Shown: piece after piece, positions 18,216 to 26,217 of the stretch | Numbering within the stretch: position 1 is the first letter of the stretch | How the letters are laid out: each line of letters starts with the position of its first letter | DNA from: Promethearchaeum syntrophicum | GTDB taxonomy: Archaea > Asgardarchaeota > Lokiarchaeia > Sigyniarchaeales > Promethearchaeaceae | DNA: 32,000 nt | Assembly (NCBI RefSeq): GCF_008000775.2 | Contig: NZ_CP042905.2 | Coordinates: forward strand, 2,100,001-2,132,000 | Direction: 5' to 3' | Notes under the pieces: generated by a model | Told to the model about the DNA's origin: nothing | The model's database searches: none | Seen by the model: only the letters and a program-made list of their open reading frames with translations | Translations under genes and position numbers: made by a program

Positions 18216-18962
18216 ATGGAGAATAGTTTTAAATTTTATTTAAAGGAAATTTCCCAAAATTTTCAAGGGTGGGATTTTTCTTACATCCGGAATAGAATGG
18301 TTGAATCTGTTAAAGAATGGAGTTATCATTCTATCATTATCCCATATATTTTACAATCCAACTCACTTTTGGATATGGGAACCGGTGGAGGTGAATTTTT
18401 AAGCATACTTCCTTTTCCTACAAAAACGATTGCTACGGAGTATTATGCTCCAAACATTCCTATCGCAAAAAAAAGATTGGAACCAAAGGGGGTCTCCGTA
18501 ATTCCCATAGAAGATGAAAATAATCTCCCTTTTGCTGATGAGCAATTTGATTTGATAATAAACCGGCATGAATATTTTAATCCCGCAGAAGTTGCTCGAA
18601 TTCTTCAACCTCAAAGTTATTTTATAACCCAACAAGTCGGAAATGAAAATGACATCGCGATAAACCATAAACTTGGTGCCCCAAATCCAGAGGATTATGA
18701 TCCAAATTGGACAGTAGATCATTTAGCTAAACAATTGAGTGAAAACGGCATGATAATAAAAACAAAACGGTCTTTAACATATACTACACGGATTTTTGAT
18801 ATTGGAGCTCTAGTTTACCATTTAAAAGCGATTCCCTGGCAAATTCCGAACTTCTCAGTTGATTTTTATAAGGATAAATTGTTTGAATTACATCAAGAAA
18901 TTCAAACAAAAGGATATTTTGATATTGAAAGCCAAAGATATTTAATAATTGGCCAAAAATAA
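18216..18962 (+). CDS. Class I SAM-dependent methyltransferase
   Basis: 'NSLLDMGTGGGEFLSILPFPTKTIATEYYAPNI', 'NLPFADEQFDLIINRHEYFNPAEVARILQPQSYFITQQVG'. ORF track starts at TTG 18210; ATG at 18216. Confidence 0.9.
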   Translation: MENSFKFYLKEISQNFQGWDFSYIRNRMVESVKEWSYHSIIIPYILQSNSLLDMGTGGGEFLSILPFPTKTIATEYYAPNIPIAKKRLEPKGVSVIPIEDENNLPFADEQFDLIINRHEYFNPAEVARILQPQSYFITQQVGNENDIAINHKLGAPNPEDYDPNWTVDHLAKQLSENGMIIKTKRSLTYTTRIFDIGALVYHLKAIPWQIPNFSVDFYKDKLFELHQEIQTKGYFDIESQRYLIIGQK

Positions 18963-19023
18963 CCACTTTCTTCAAGGGTTCAAGTCTGATATTAATTGAA
19001 AAAAATATAAAAAAATTTTACTA

Positions 19024-21186
19024 TTAAAGCTTTGGTTTAATTACTTCAAGTAATTCAGGTAAATCCATTTCTAAAGATTTAAGATGTTCAATTGTAGGAA
19101 CTCCGTTATTAGTCCATCCCCGTCGTTTGTAAACTGCATCAAGTAAATTCTCATACTGATTTTCCCTATATTCTCTAACAATTTTTACCTTTTCTTCAGT
19201 CGATTTACCTTCAGGGTCGATTTTCAGTATTTCTTTAAGTTGTTTATCATATCGTTCTTGGCGGGATTCGTATTCTTCAGCAGTTACCGGACCTGCTGAA
19301 CGATAAGGAATTGCATCATCACTTCTTAAACCTTTTCCCATTCGAATATTGAAAATGCGTTGGAAATTATAAACTCGTTCAGATTGTCTTATCAGTTCCT
19401 TTTCATCGATTCTAATTCCAGTTATTCCTTCAAATAACCATGTATAATTTTCAACATGTTCGGGTACTTTTGCGGCTTCATTTGGAGGATACTTTTTATT
19501 ATCTGCAGGACTAATATCGTTCCATGGTAACTTGCATAATCCCATTAATCCAAACCAAGTTCTGAACATTGGGAAATAATGTAAAGCTTCCGCTTTATCT
19601 TCAAATGTTGGAATTTGATTGTTGACCATATCCATGAAAATTAACCACGCTTCATCGTGTTGAGGTCCTTTATTGGTCATACCGTATCCTCCTTGTTGAG
19701 CTAAAGATTCTTTAGTTCCATATTCGGAGTATTCCAATCCTTTTTGCTCCATTCCAATATCCTGCAGAAATTTCGGATCCGCACCATATTTTTCAATGAA
19801 GATCTTCTTCATTTTTTTTATGCCCAAACCCACAATTTTACCAAAGCCGTCACCTCTTCCCATTTGATGTAGCAATTCCATGCTCGCTTCAGTATTTCCG
19901 AAATTTAACTCTAATCCTCCGGTAATTTCTTTATTTAGAATGCCATTTTCATAACATTCCATTACGAAGGCTGTTGCTGTTGAAAATGAAATGGTATCAA
20001 TTCCATAAGTATCACAGTAAAAATTCCCTTCAACGATAAATTCTGGATCGAAACACCCCATGTTACCCCCTAATCCTGCAGCGGTTTCATATTCCGGTCC
20101 CTCAACTACTACTTCTTCACCTTTATACGGACCTGTTTTCAATTTATATGGTTTAGTTACTCGAGAACAAGCCATGGTACACCCAACCCAGCAACCATCT
20201 GCTTTACCCACATCCCAATATTTGTCTCCAAAAATATCACAGTATATTTTTTTTGCATCTGGTAGGCTTCCGTATTTATAATTATGTGATGGAAGTAAAT
20301 CATACTGATCCATAACATCAATAATATTTGCAGTACCCACTTGTCGCATTCGATTCTGAACAGGATCCAAATCAAATATTTCTTTATTTATTCGTTTACC
20401 CGCTTTTTGTATCAATTCCATCTTTGCGGGATGATTTGCATCTCCTTTTAATGGGGGAGATTTTATAACCAGGGCTTCTATTTTCTTATCACGGAAAACT
20501 GTACCTATTCCTCCACGTCCCGCTTGTTTTACTCGAATCACTTTACGTTTTTGATCCCAAAATGAGAAGTTTAGCATTCCAAATAATGTATTATTTGCAC
20601 CCGTTCCGGTACTAACCACAGAGATGTTTCGTTTCTCCTTTTCGTCTGAAGCAAACATCTCGGTTAATTCTTCTGCCAAGATATGAGTATTAATTTCTTC
20701 AAGGGGAGCTTCAAAAATTTGCACTACTCCTGTAGTTCCATCAATGTAGACTATAACTTCATTTTCTGCTTTACCTTGTATTTCTAATGCATCCCATCCG
20801 CTAAATTTTAAATAAGGACCGAAAAAGCCACCTACATTGCTGTCAATAACAATGTCTGTCAAAGGGGATAAACTGACAACGAGCGATTTACCGGATCCAG
20901 GGTATTGAGTTATGCCACACACAGGACCTGTTCCAATTACAATCTCATTTTCTGGATCATTCCATCTTGTTTTTGGAGTTACAGCATTCCATAAATACCA
21001 GAGTCCAAAGCCTTTTCCACCAACGAATTTATCCTTCATAAATTGGGTGACTTCTTTTTTCTGGATAGTATTCTCAGAGATATTTACATATAAAGTTCTA
21101 TTAGTATAACCTTTATCAATTTCTCCTAGGTCATAGTGAAATTCTCCAAGAAGCTTAAATTTTTCTTTTAATTGTTGAATATTCAT
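19024..21186 (-). CDS. aor: Aldehyde:ferredoxin oxidoreductase family tungsten enzyme
   Basis: 720 aa; 'LYVNISENTI...FVGGKGFGLWYLWN', 'NEIVIGTGPVCGITQYPGSGKSLVVSLSPLTDIVIDSNVGGFFGPYLKFSGWDALEIQGKAE', Cys cluster 'CWVGCTMAC' with distal 'LMGLCKLPWND'. Confidence 0.93.
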   Translation of the reverse strand: MNIQQLKEKFKLLGEFHYDLGEIDKGYTNRTLYVNISENTIQKKEVTQFMKDKFVGGKGFGLWYLWNAVTPKTRWNDPENEIVIGTGPVCGITQYPGSGKSLVVSLSPLTDIVIDSNVGGFFGPYLKFSGWDALEIQGKAENEVIVYIDGTTGVVQIFEAPLEEINTHILAEELTEMFASDEKEKRNISVVSTGTGANNTLFGMLNFSFWDQKRKVIRVKQAGRGGIGTVFRDKKIEALVIKSPPLKGDANHPAKMELIQKAGKRINKEIFDLDPVQNRMRQVGTANIIDVMDQYDLLPSHNYKYGSLPDAKKIYCDIFGDKYWDVGKADGCWVGCTMACSRVTKPYKLKTGPYKGEEVVVEGPEYETAAGLGGNMGCFDPEFIVEGNFYCDTYGIDTISFSTATAFVMECYENGILNKEITGGLELNFGNTEASMELLHQMGRGDGFGKIVGLGIKKMKKIFIEKYGADPKFLQDIGMEQKGLEYSEYGTKESLAQQGGYGMTNKGPQHDEAWLIFMDMVNNQIPTFEDKAEALHYFPMFRTWFGLMGLCKLPWNDISPADNKKYPPNEAAKVPEHVENYTWLFEGITGIRIDEKELIRQSERVYNFQRIFNIRMGKGLRSDDAIPYRSAGPVTAEEYESRQERYDKQLKEILKIDPEGKSTEEKVKIVREYRENQYENLLDAVYKRRGWTNNGVPTIEHLKSLEMDLPELLEVIKPKL

Positions 21187-21237
21187 TTAATCTAACCTCA
21201 TAGATTTTTGGTTGATTAAAATATTGATTTTATTTAA

Positions 21238-21774
21238 TTAAAAAACTTCCATTATCTCGAGATTAATAGTTTTAATGGTTGTTAAGGTTTGTAACTCGGT
21301 ATATAAATCAAGAATTCGTTCATATTTTCCTTTTACAGCAATGATTTCCATGCATTTTTCCGCCCCTGCATGAATGTGCATGGCTGATAATATTATATCT
21401 AAGAAAGAGTGTTGAATTTCATTTGCTTTGATAAATTCCAACATCTCTCTGGGAACATAATATGGTTGATGTTGTACATCATGCGAATGCTCTCCAGATT
21501 CTGTCAGATTTATATTCTCTTCTTCATTTTCATGAGAATGTTTTTGGTTGGGTGGGTGAGCATGGACATGAGATTTTTCAATATAGGTTATTGTTCCTAA
21601 AATTTGTTTATTTGAAAAACCCCTCCTTTTTTTAGATTCTTGTATAATGTATTCTTGAATTGCTTTTCTAATTGCATCTGACCGAGAGAGATTAAGTTGC
21701 GTGCGAAGAGATTCGAACTCATCTCTAAGACTTATTGGTAAAGAAAATGAAATTCGATCATATTTTGATTCCAT
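21238..21774 (-). CDS. nikR: NikR-like ribbon-helix-helix metalloregulator with His-rich insertion
   Basis: N-terminal RHH 'DRISFSLPISLRDEFESLRTQLNLSRSDAIRKAIQEYI'; C-terminal ACT-like 'IQHSFLDIILSAMHIHAGAEKCMEIIAVKGKYERILDLYTELQTLTTIKTINLEIM' with NikR-type His/His-x-His/Cys ligands. Confidence 0.88.
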   Translation of the reverse strand: MESKYDRISFSLPISLRDEFESLRTQLNLSRSDAIRKAIQEYIIQESKKRRGFSNKQILGTITYIEKSHVHAHPPNQKHSHENEEENINLTESGEHSHDVQHQPYYVPREMLEFIKANEIQHSFLDIILSAMHIHAGAEKCMEIIAVKGKYERILDLYTELQTLTTIKTINLEIMEVF

Positions 21775-21831
21775 AAATAATAATAATCTTACATTGAGAT
21801 AAATTTTAAAATTTTCATTAATTGGATTAGA

Positions 21832-21850
21832 TATTCAGAAAATCTGAATA
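21832..21850. promoter_or_regulatory. Perfect palindrome, candidate operator
   Basis: TATTCAGA-AAA-TCTGAATA (8-bp arms, 3-bp spacer) in the 110-bp spacer between the divergent NikR-like gene and the 415-aa gene. Confidence 0.5.
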
Positions 21851-21867
21851 ATATGTTTTTACATATT
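21850..21867. promoter_or_regulatory. Second palindrome next to the first
   Basis: AATATGT-TTTT-ACATATT (7-bp arms, 4-bp spacer). Confidence 0.35.
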
Positions 21868-21884
21868 TTTATTTGTGATTTACT

Positions 21885-23132
21885 ATGGTTTCAGATAACA
21901 TTTCAAACGAACAACCCGAAGATTCTAATGATAAACCTGAAAATGCAAGTGATGAAGTACTAGAAGCAAAAAAGGAAGAAGTTCCTCCAGAGAAATTAGA
22001 ATTTAAAGATATTTTAGATAAAGAAATTGGATTGATTAAAATACTTGATTATGTTAATAATTCAGTTTTTGATTTAATTTATCAAAAAAAATTGATGGAC
22101 AAATACCGAACGGAGATAATTCGACCTTTAATAGGAGAAATTGGTCAAGAATCAGAATATCTCGATGGTGGTAGACTTTTCTTACAAGAAGAATATGAAA
22201 AACTAGATATTGAAAAGAAATGTGATGAAATGATTCAATCTGCAGAAGAATTAGCTGCAGAAAATGGAGTTAGAAGACATGTTCAAAAAAGCATCGGGAT
22301 AATTTCTATGGTAATTATGGCAGTCTCAATGGGTATTTTTATCGCAGTAAGTACTTGGGCTCCAGATGCTTCGACTTATGTTATGATTCCTATGTTTCTA
22401 ATAATTTGTTTATTACCAAATACTCTTCGAACATTGATGATGAAAAAATGGCAGAAATTTAAAGTCGAACATAATTCAGAATTTATTGAAATGAAAAAAG
22501 ATACAATTGAAGATATAAGAATATTTATCCAAGATCTTATTAATGATACCCAAGATCGCTTAATAAGTAATAAAATTTCAGTCCAAGGTATTCAATTTCT
22601 ATTATATTCAAAAGATTATGATAATCTAGTTTTTGTAAGGCAACAAGAATCTAAATTAGGTGAATCACAATTCTTAGTGCATTTTACAGATCCTGAAGGA
22701 ATAGGCCAAGGTATGGCTAGTACCTATGGTAAATCAGGAATTCCAGAAGATGATGCAAATGATCAATTTATTGTCTTAAAAAATGCAGAATTTGATGATG
22801 AAGGGCTTTTAAAAGAATATAATCAGTATCTCTTACCAAAAGAAAAAGATCCTTTTGTAGAAGCTTTATTGGGAGGGTCAAAATTCAATGATGTTGATAA
22901 CCCCGAATATGTTATAGCAAATTTTAAAGAAAATGATGATATTAAATGTAATTGTGGAGAACCAGTAAAGCTTCAAGATTTTAAATCCTGCGAATCAATT
23001 TTACATGAACATTTTGAATACTTTTTGATTATTGGTGAAAAATGCACAACTTGTCGAAAGAATCCATTCATTCTTTTTAATTCCCCTGGAAATAAGGAAA
23101 TTCCTTCAGGTTTAAAACAATTATTCGAGTAA
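21885..23132 (+). CDS. Membrane-anchored protein of unknown function with C-terminal putative zinc-ribbon
   Basis: 415 aa; two central TM segments (SIGIISMVIMAVSMGIFIAV, YVMIPMFLIICLLPNTL) in an otherwise charged helical protein; C-terminal 'CNCG...CTTCRKNPF'. Confidence 0.75.
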   Translation: MVSDNISNEQPEDSNDKPENASDEVLEAKKEEVPPEKLEFKDILDKEIGLIKILDYVNNSVFDLIYQKKLMDKYRTEIIRPLIGEIGQESEYLDGGRLFLQEEYEKLDIEKKCDEMIQSAEELAAENGVRRHVQKSIGIISMVIMAVSMGIFIAVSTWAPDASTYVMIPMFLIICLLPNTLRTLMMKKWQKFKVEHNSEFIEMKKDTIEDIRIFIQDLINDTQDRLISNKISVQGIQFLLYSKDYDNLVFVRQQESKLGESQFLVHFTDPEGIGQGMASTYGKSGIPEDDANDQFIVLKNAEFDDEGLLKEYNQYLLPKEKDPFVEALLGGSKFNDVDNPEYVIANFKENDDIKCNCGEPVKLQDFKSCESILHEHFEYFLIIGEKCTTCRKNPFILFNSPGNKEIPSGLKQLFE

Positions 23133-23158
23133 TCTTTATATTTTTTTTTATTTTCTTT

Positions 23159-24559
23159 TTATTTAATTTGATAAAAATCTAAGAGAAATCTGAGAGATTT
23201 TACGGCCCGTTCAATTTCATTAGTAAAAACAGGAATTTTCAGTTTGGTCCCAATTTCTAAAATTCGGGATCCTCCCTCTCTTTCAGCTTGAATTAATACA
23301 CATAGGATTGGCTTATTTGGATATTTTTCCTTGATAGTCTCAAAAATTGAAAAATTGAATTCAATCTCAGTAAAAAACTCTAATGCCAAGAATAATGCAC
23401 TGACTTGAGGGTCTTTCAATAAAGTATTACTTGCTTGGTGATAAACTCGACATACTTGGGTGCCAATAAATTCTTTTGGGGGCCAGTAATCAACCGGATT
23501 CCCTAATTCACATGTTGAACCTCCAATATTCTCCATTATAAATCTTCTATTTTCTTCTTTCAAATTCGCTAAATGTATCTCTTGATTTCGCATTTCGGAT
23601 ATAATTAGGTTAATCGCTCCAGATGAGGGGCCTATAATTCCCACTGCATTTGATATTGGAGGGGGACACCAAAGAAAAACTTTCGCAAACTCAAATAATT
23701 CAATATAATTTTCTACAGGATTTGCACCCAATTCCTTAAATTTCTGTTCGGTTTTAGAAGGTTTACCAACGTATTTATAGAGAATTGGTTTTTTCTTTTT
23801 ATATTTGGCTAAAACGGTAATATAATCTTCTGTGATTTCTTTTAAGTACAACAGAATTATCTCAGTGTTTGGATCTTCAAAAAGATATTCCAGCATATCA
23901 GCTTCTGATATATCAAGTGCTTTACCAATATGAATTATTTTTGCTAATGGAATCTCCTGATCTGGTGCCCACCAACCACAAGCACCTGTCAGTCCACCAC
24001 TTTGAGCCATAAAACTTGCTCCACTTTGAGGTTTTTCTTTACGATTTGGTAAAACTATGTGAGATCGCGTTGGAATAATTGAAGATGTAAAAAAATGCTG
24101 AAAATCAATTAAACCAATCATACTCGGACCTAGAATTTTGAGATCAAAATCAGAAATGATTTTCTTAATTGAATTGTCTAAAATTATTTGTTCATCATTA
24201 CCTAATTTCTGTGAGAAATCAACTTCTATTAAAATGTGTTTTACTTTCTGTTCTCCCAATAGCTTCAAAGTCTCTAATAGATTTTTTTGGGTCAGAATTA
24301 TCGCTAGTTCTGGTTTCGCACCATTATTAAAAAGATCTTTCAGATTATTAACACATGGGATCCCCATTACAACATCGGTATAGGGGTGCACAATATATAT
24401 TTTTCCTTTATATTGAATTTCTAATAAGTTTTTTAGGAGAATTCCGTTAAAAGTATACTCGTTACGCGATGCACCTATAATAACCACTGATTTTGGATTA
24501 AAAAATGGATTAATTTTTTCCAATATTGAATTCCCACTAATTTTTTCCCCTATGCTCAT
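23159..24559 (-). CDS. ADP-forming acyl-CoA synthetase alpha-like protein (CoA-binding plus ligase-CoA domains)
   Basis: 466 aa; 'FFNPKSVVIIGASRN', 'YIVHPYTDVVMGIPCVNNLKDL', 'KILGPSMIGLID', 'FMAQSGGLTGA', 'NPVDYWPP'. Confidence 0.82.
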   Translation of the reverse strand: MSIGEKISGNSILEKINPFFNPKSVVIIGASRNEYTFNGILLKNLLEIQYKGKIYIVHPYTDVVMGIPCVNNLKDLFNNGAKPELAIILTQKNLLETLKLLGEQKVKHILIEVDFSQKLGNDEQIILDNSIKKIISDFDLKILGPSMIGLIDFQHFFTSSIIPTRSHIVLPNRKEKPQSGASFMAQSGGLTGACGWWAPDQEIPLAKIIHIGKALDISEADMLEYLFEDPNTEIILLYLKEITEDYITVLAKYKKKKPILYKYVGKPSKTEQKFKELGANPVENYIELFEFAKVFLWCPPPISNAVGIIGPSSGAINLIISEMRNQEIHLANLKEENRRFIMENIGGSTCELGNPVDYWPPKEFIGTQVCRVYHQASNTLLKDPQVSALFLALEFFTEIEFNFSIFETIKEKYPNKPILCVLIQAEREGGSRILEIGTKLKIPVFTNEIERAVKSLRFLLDFYQIK

Positions 24560-24757
24560 GTTCCCATTTCCATTTTTCTAAACATTCAAATTGCTCTTCT
24601 AAACAATTTAAATAATGGTTGGTTAAATTTCAAATTATGGATTTATATCTCCATTTTCTTATCCTTTTTCATATCACTCTTCAATAAAAATCATTATTAA
24701 TCTAAGAAAAATATAAAAAAGGAAGAGTTGAACTTAATTCTTCATAATTATCTTTAA

Positions 24758-26086
24758 TTAATTCTTGTTTGGATGCAATTCAGGATGGGTATAATTATCC
24801 AAGTTAAAGTTGTCAAGTTTTCCTTTATTGAATTTATCATAAATCTTAACCATGGAGCGTAAATAACGCGATTGCAATTGATCTTCAACCAGTGATCGTT
24901 TTACTTTAGGAAGAGAAAAATATATTCTCATTAGACGACGGAATACTTTATGGGTCCAGAGATTAAAATTATCAAAAATTAAATTCGGCAGCGTTCCTTT
25001 TTCGATGGCGTTGAGAACAATCCGTTCAAAAAAATCAACAGGTGTAAAATTTATTTTCTCTCGTCGCTTCATAGTAATCGCTTCTGAAGGGCAAAACCGT
25101 GAACAAACCCCACATCCAATACATCTATCATAATTTACTTGAGCGATATTTTTTCTTTCTGGATTTTCAGTTAAATCCATCGCATCAACAGGACATTTAT
25201 CCACACAAATTCCACAACCCGTACACGCATCTACATCGATTTTTGCTTCAAAATTACTATAGATATTGGAACTATACCCTAAGCGTTTATAACCTAAAAG
25301 AGCTTCACAACAACACCCGCAACAATTACATATCCAAGACACGCCAGTTTGACTATTATCCCCAACCTGCACTAAACCAAGTTTTCTTACCTCGTCTAAA
25401 ATTTTATATGCTTCTTTTTTAGAAATTTTCTTTGCAATTCCGTGTTTGGATAAACTTTTAGCTGCATTATTGAATGTCAGACATACTTCTTGAGGATTAT
25501 CACAAGCTTTCCCCAGATGCTCCATTTTATGTCGACAATAACACGTACCTACAGTTATGCATGTTGCCGTTTCAATAACCTGACTCGCACGTTCATAATC
25601 TAAAATAATGCTTTGATCGTAATCTTGCAAAGTATCTTCATGCACAAATACCCGATCGATGGGGGGCTCTAAATTAAATAACATCGATATAAATGCATCT
25701 TCTTTATTGATATATTGATAATATAATTCGGATAGCACTTTTCGATCAAATTTTCCATCGGTTCGCATTAAAGAAAATTCAAAGAATCCTGCCATTGGAG
25801 GCGCTAAGGAAAAAACTCGTTTATTCTCTTTGATAACGTCAATAAGCAACCCTTTATCGGCCAATTCATTCAAAATAATTTCTGCTTCATCTTCCGATTG
25901 TTTCCAAATTTTAGCAGCTTTTGGGATTTCAAATGGCTTGATGGGAAGCTTGGATACCAAAGTGGCTTCTTTTTCTGTAAAGAGTATTTCTAAAATTTGA
26001 AATAAAGCTTCCGAAGCTGGGGCTTGTTGAGGGAATTTTTCTAGACGTTTATGTAAATCCAAATAACTTCTTGAAATATGACCCAT
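24758..26086 (-). CDS. Iron-sulfur protein with N-terminal winged-helix-like region, Cys-rich middle and C-terminal 2x[4Fe-4S] ferredoxin domain
   Basis: 'VDACTGCGICVDKCPVDAMDLTEN...VNYDRCIGCGVCSRFCPSEAITM'; upstream Cys cluster 'WICNCCGCCCEALLGYKR' and 'CITVGTCYCRHK...ACDNPQEVC'. Confidence 0.85.
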   Translation of the reverse strand: MGHISRSYLDLHKRLEKFPQQAPASEALFQILEILFTEKEATLVSKLPIKPFEIPKAAKIWKQSEDEAEIILNELADKGLLIDVIKENKRVFSLAPPMAGFFEFSLMRTDGKFDRKVLSELYYQYINKEDAFISMLFNLEPPIDRVFVHEDTLQDYDQSIILDYERASQVIETATCITVGTCYCRHKMEHLGKACDNPQEVCLTFNNAAKSLSKHGIAKKISKKEAYKILDEVRKLGLVQVGDNSQTGVSWICNCCGCCCEALLGYKRLGYSSNIYSNFEAKIDVDACTGCGICVDKCPVDAMDLTENPERKNIAQVNYDRCIGCGVCSRFCPSEAITMKRREKINFTPVDFFERIVLNAIEKGTLPNLIFDNFNLWTHKVFRRLMRIYFSLPKVKRSLVEDQLQSRYLRSMVKIYDKFNKGKLDNFNLDNYTHPELHPNKN

Positions 26087-26217
26087 GAAAGAAATATCTG
26101 TTGCATTTTATAAAAAGTCTGTGTGAAATAGATATTTTTGATGATGAGATCTTCGTATATGTGAATTTAAAGAGAAATTGATAAAAAAATTTTGATATAA
26201 ATCAAAATATAAAAAAC

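Noticed and set aside
25099-25422. 107-aa plus-strand ORF rich in Tyr/His
   Set aside because: Antisense to the ferredoxin-domain gene; the unusual composition reflects reverse-complemented Cys/Asp/Ile codons.
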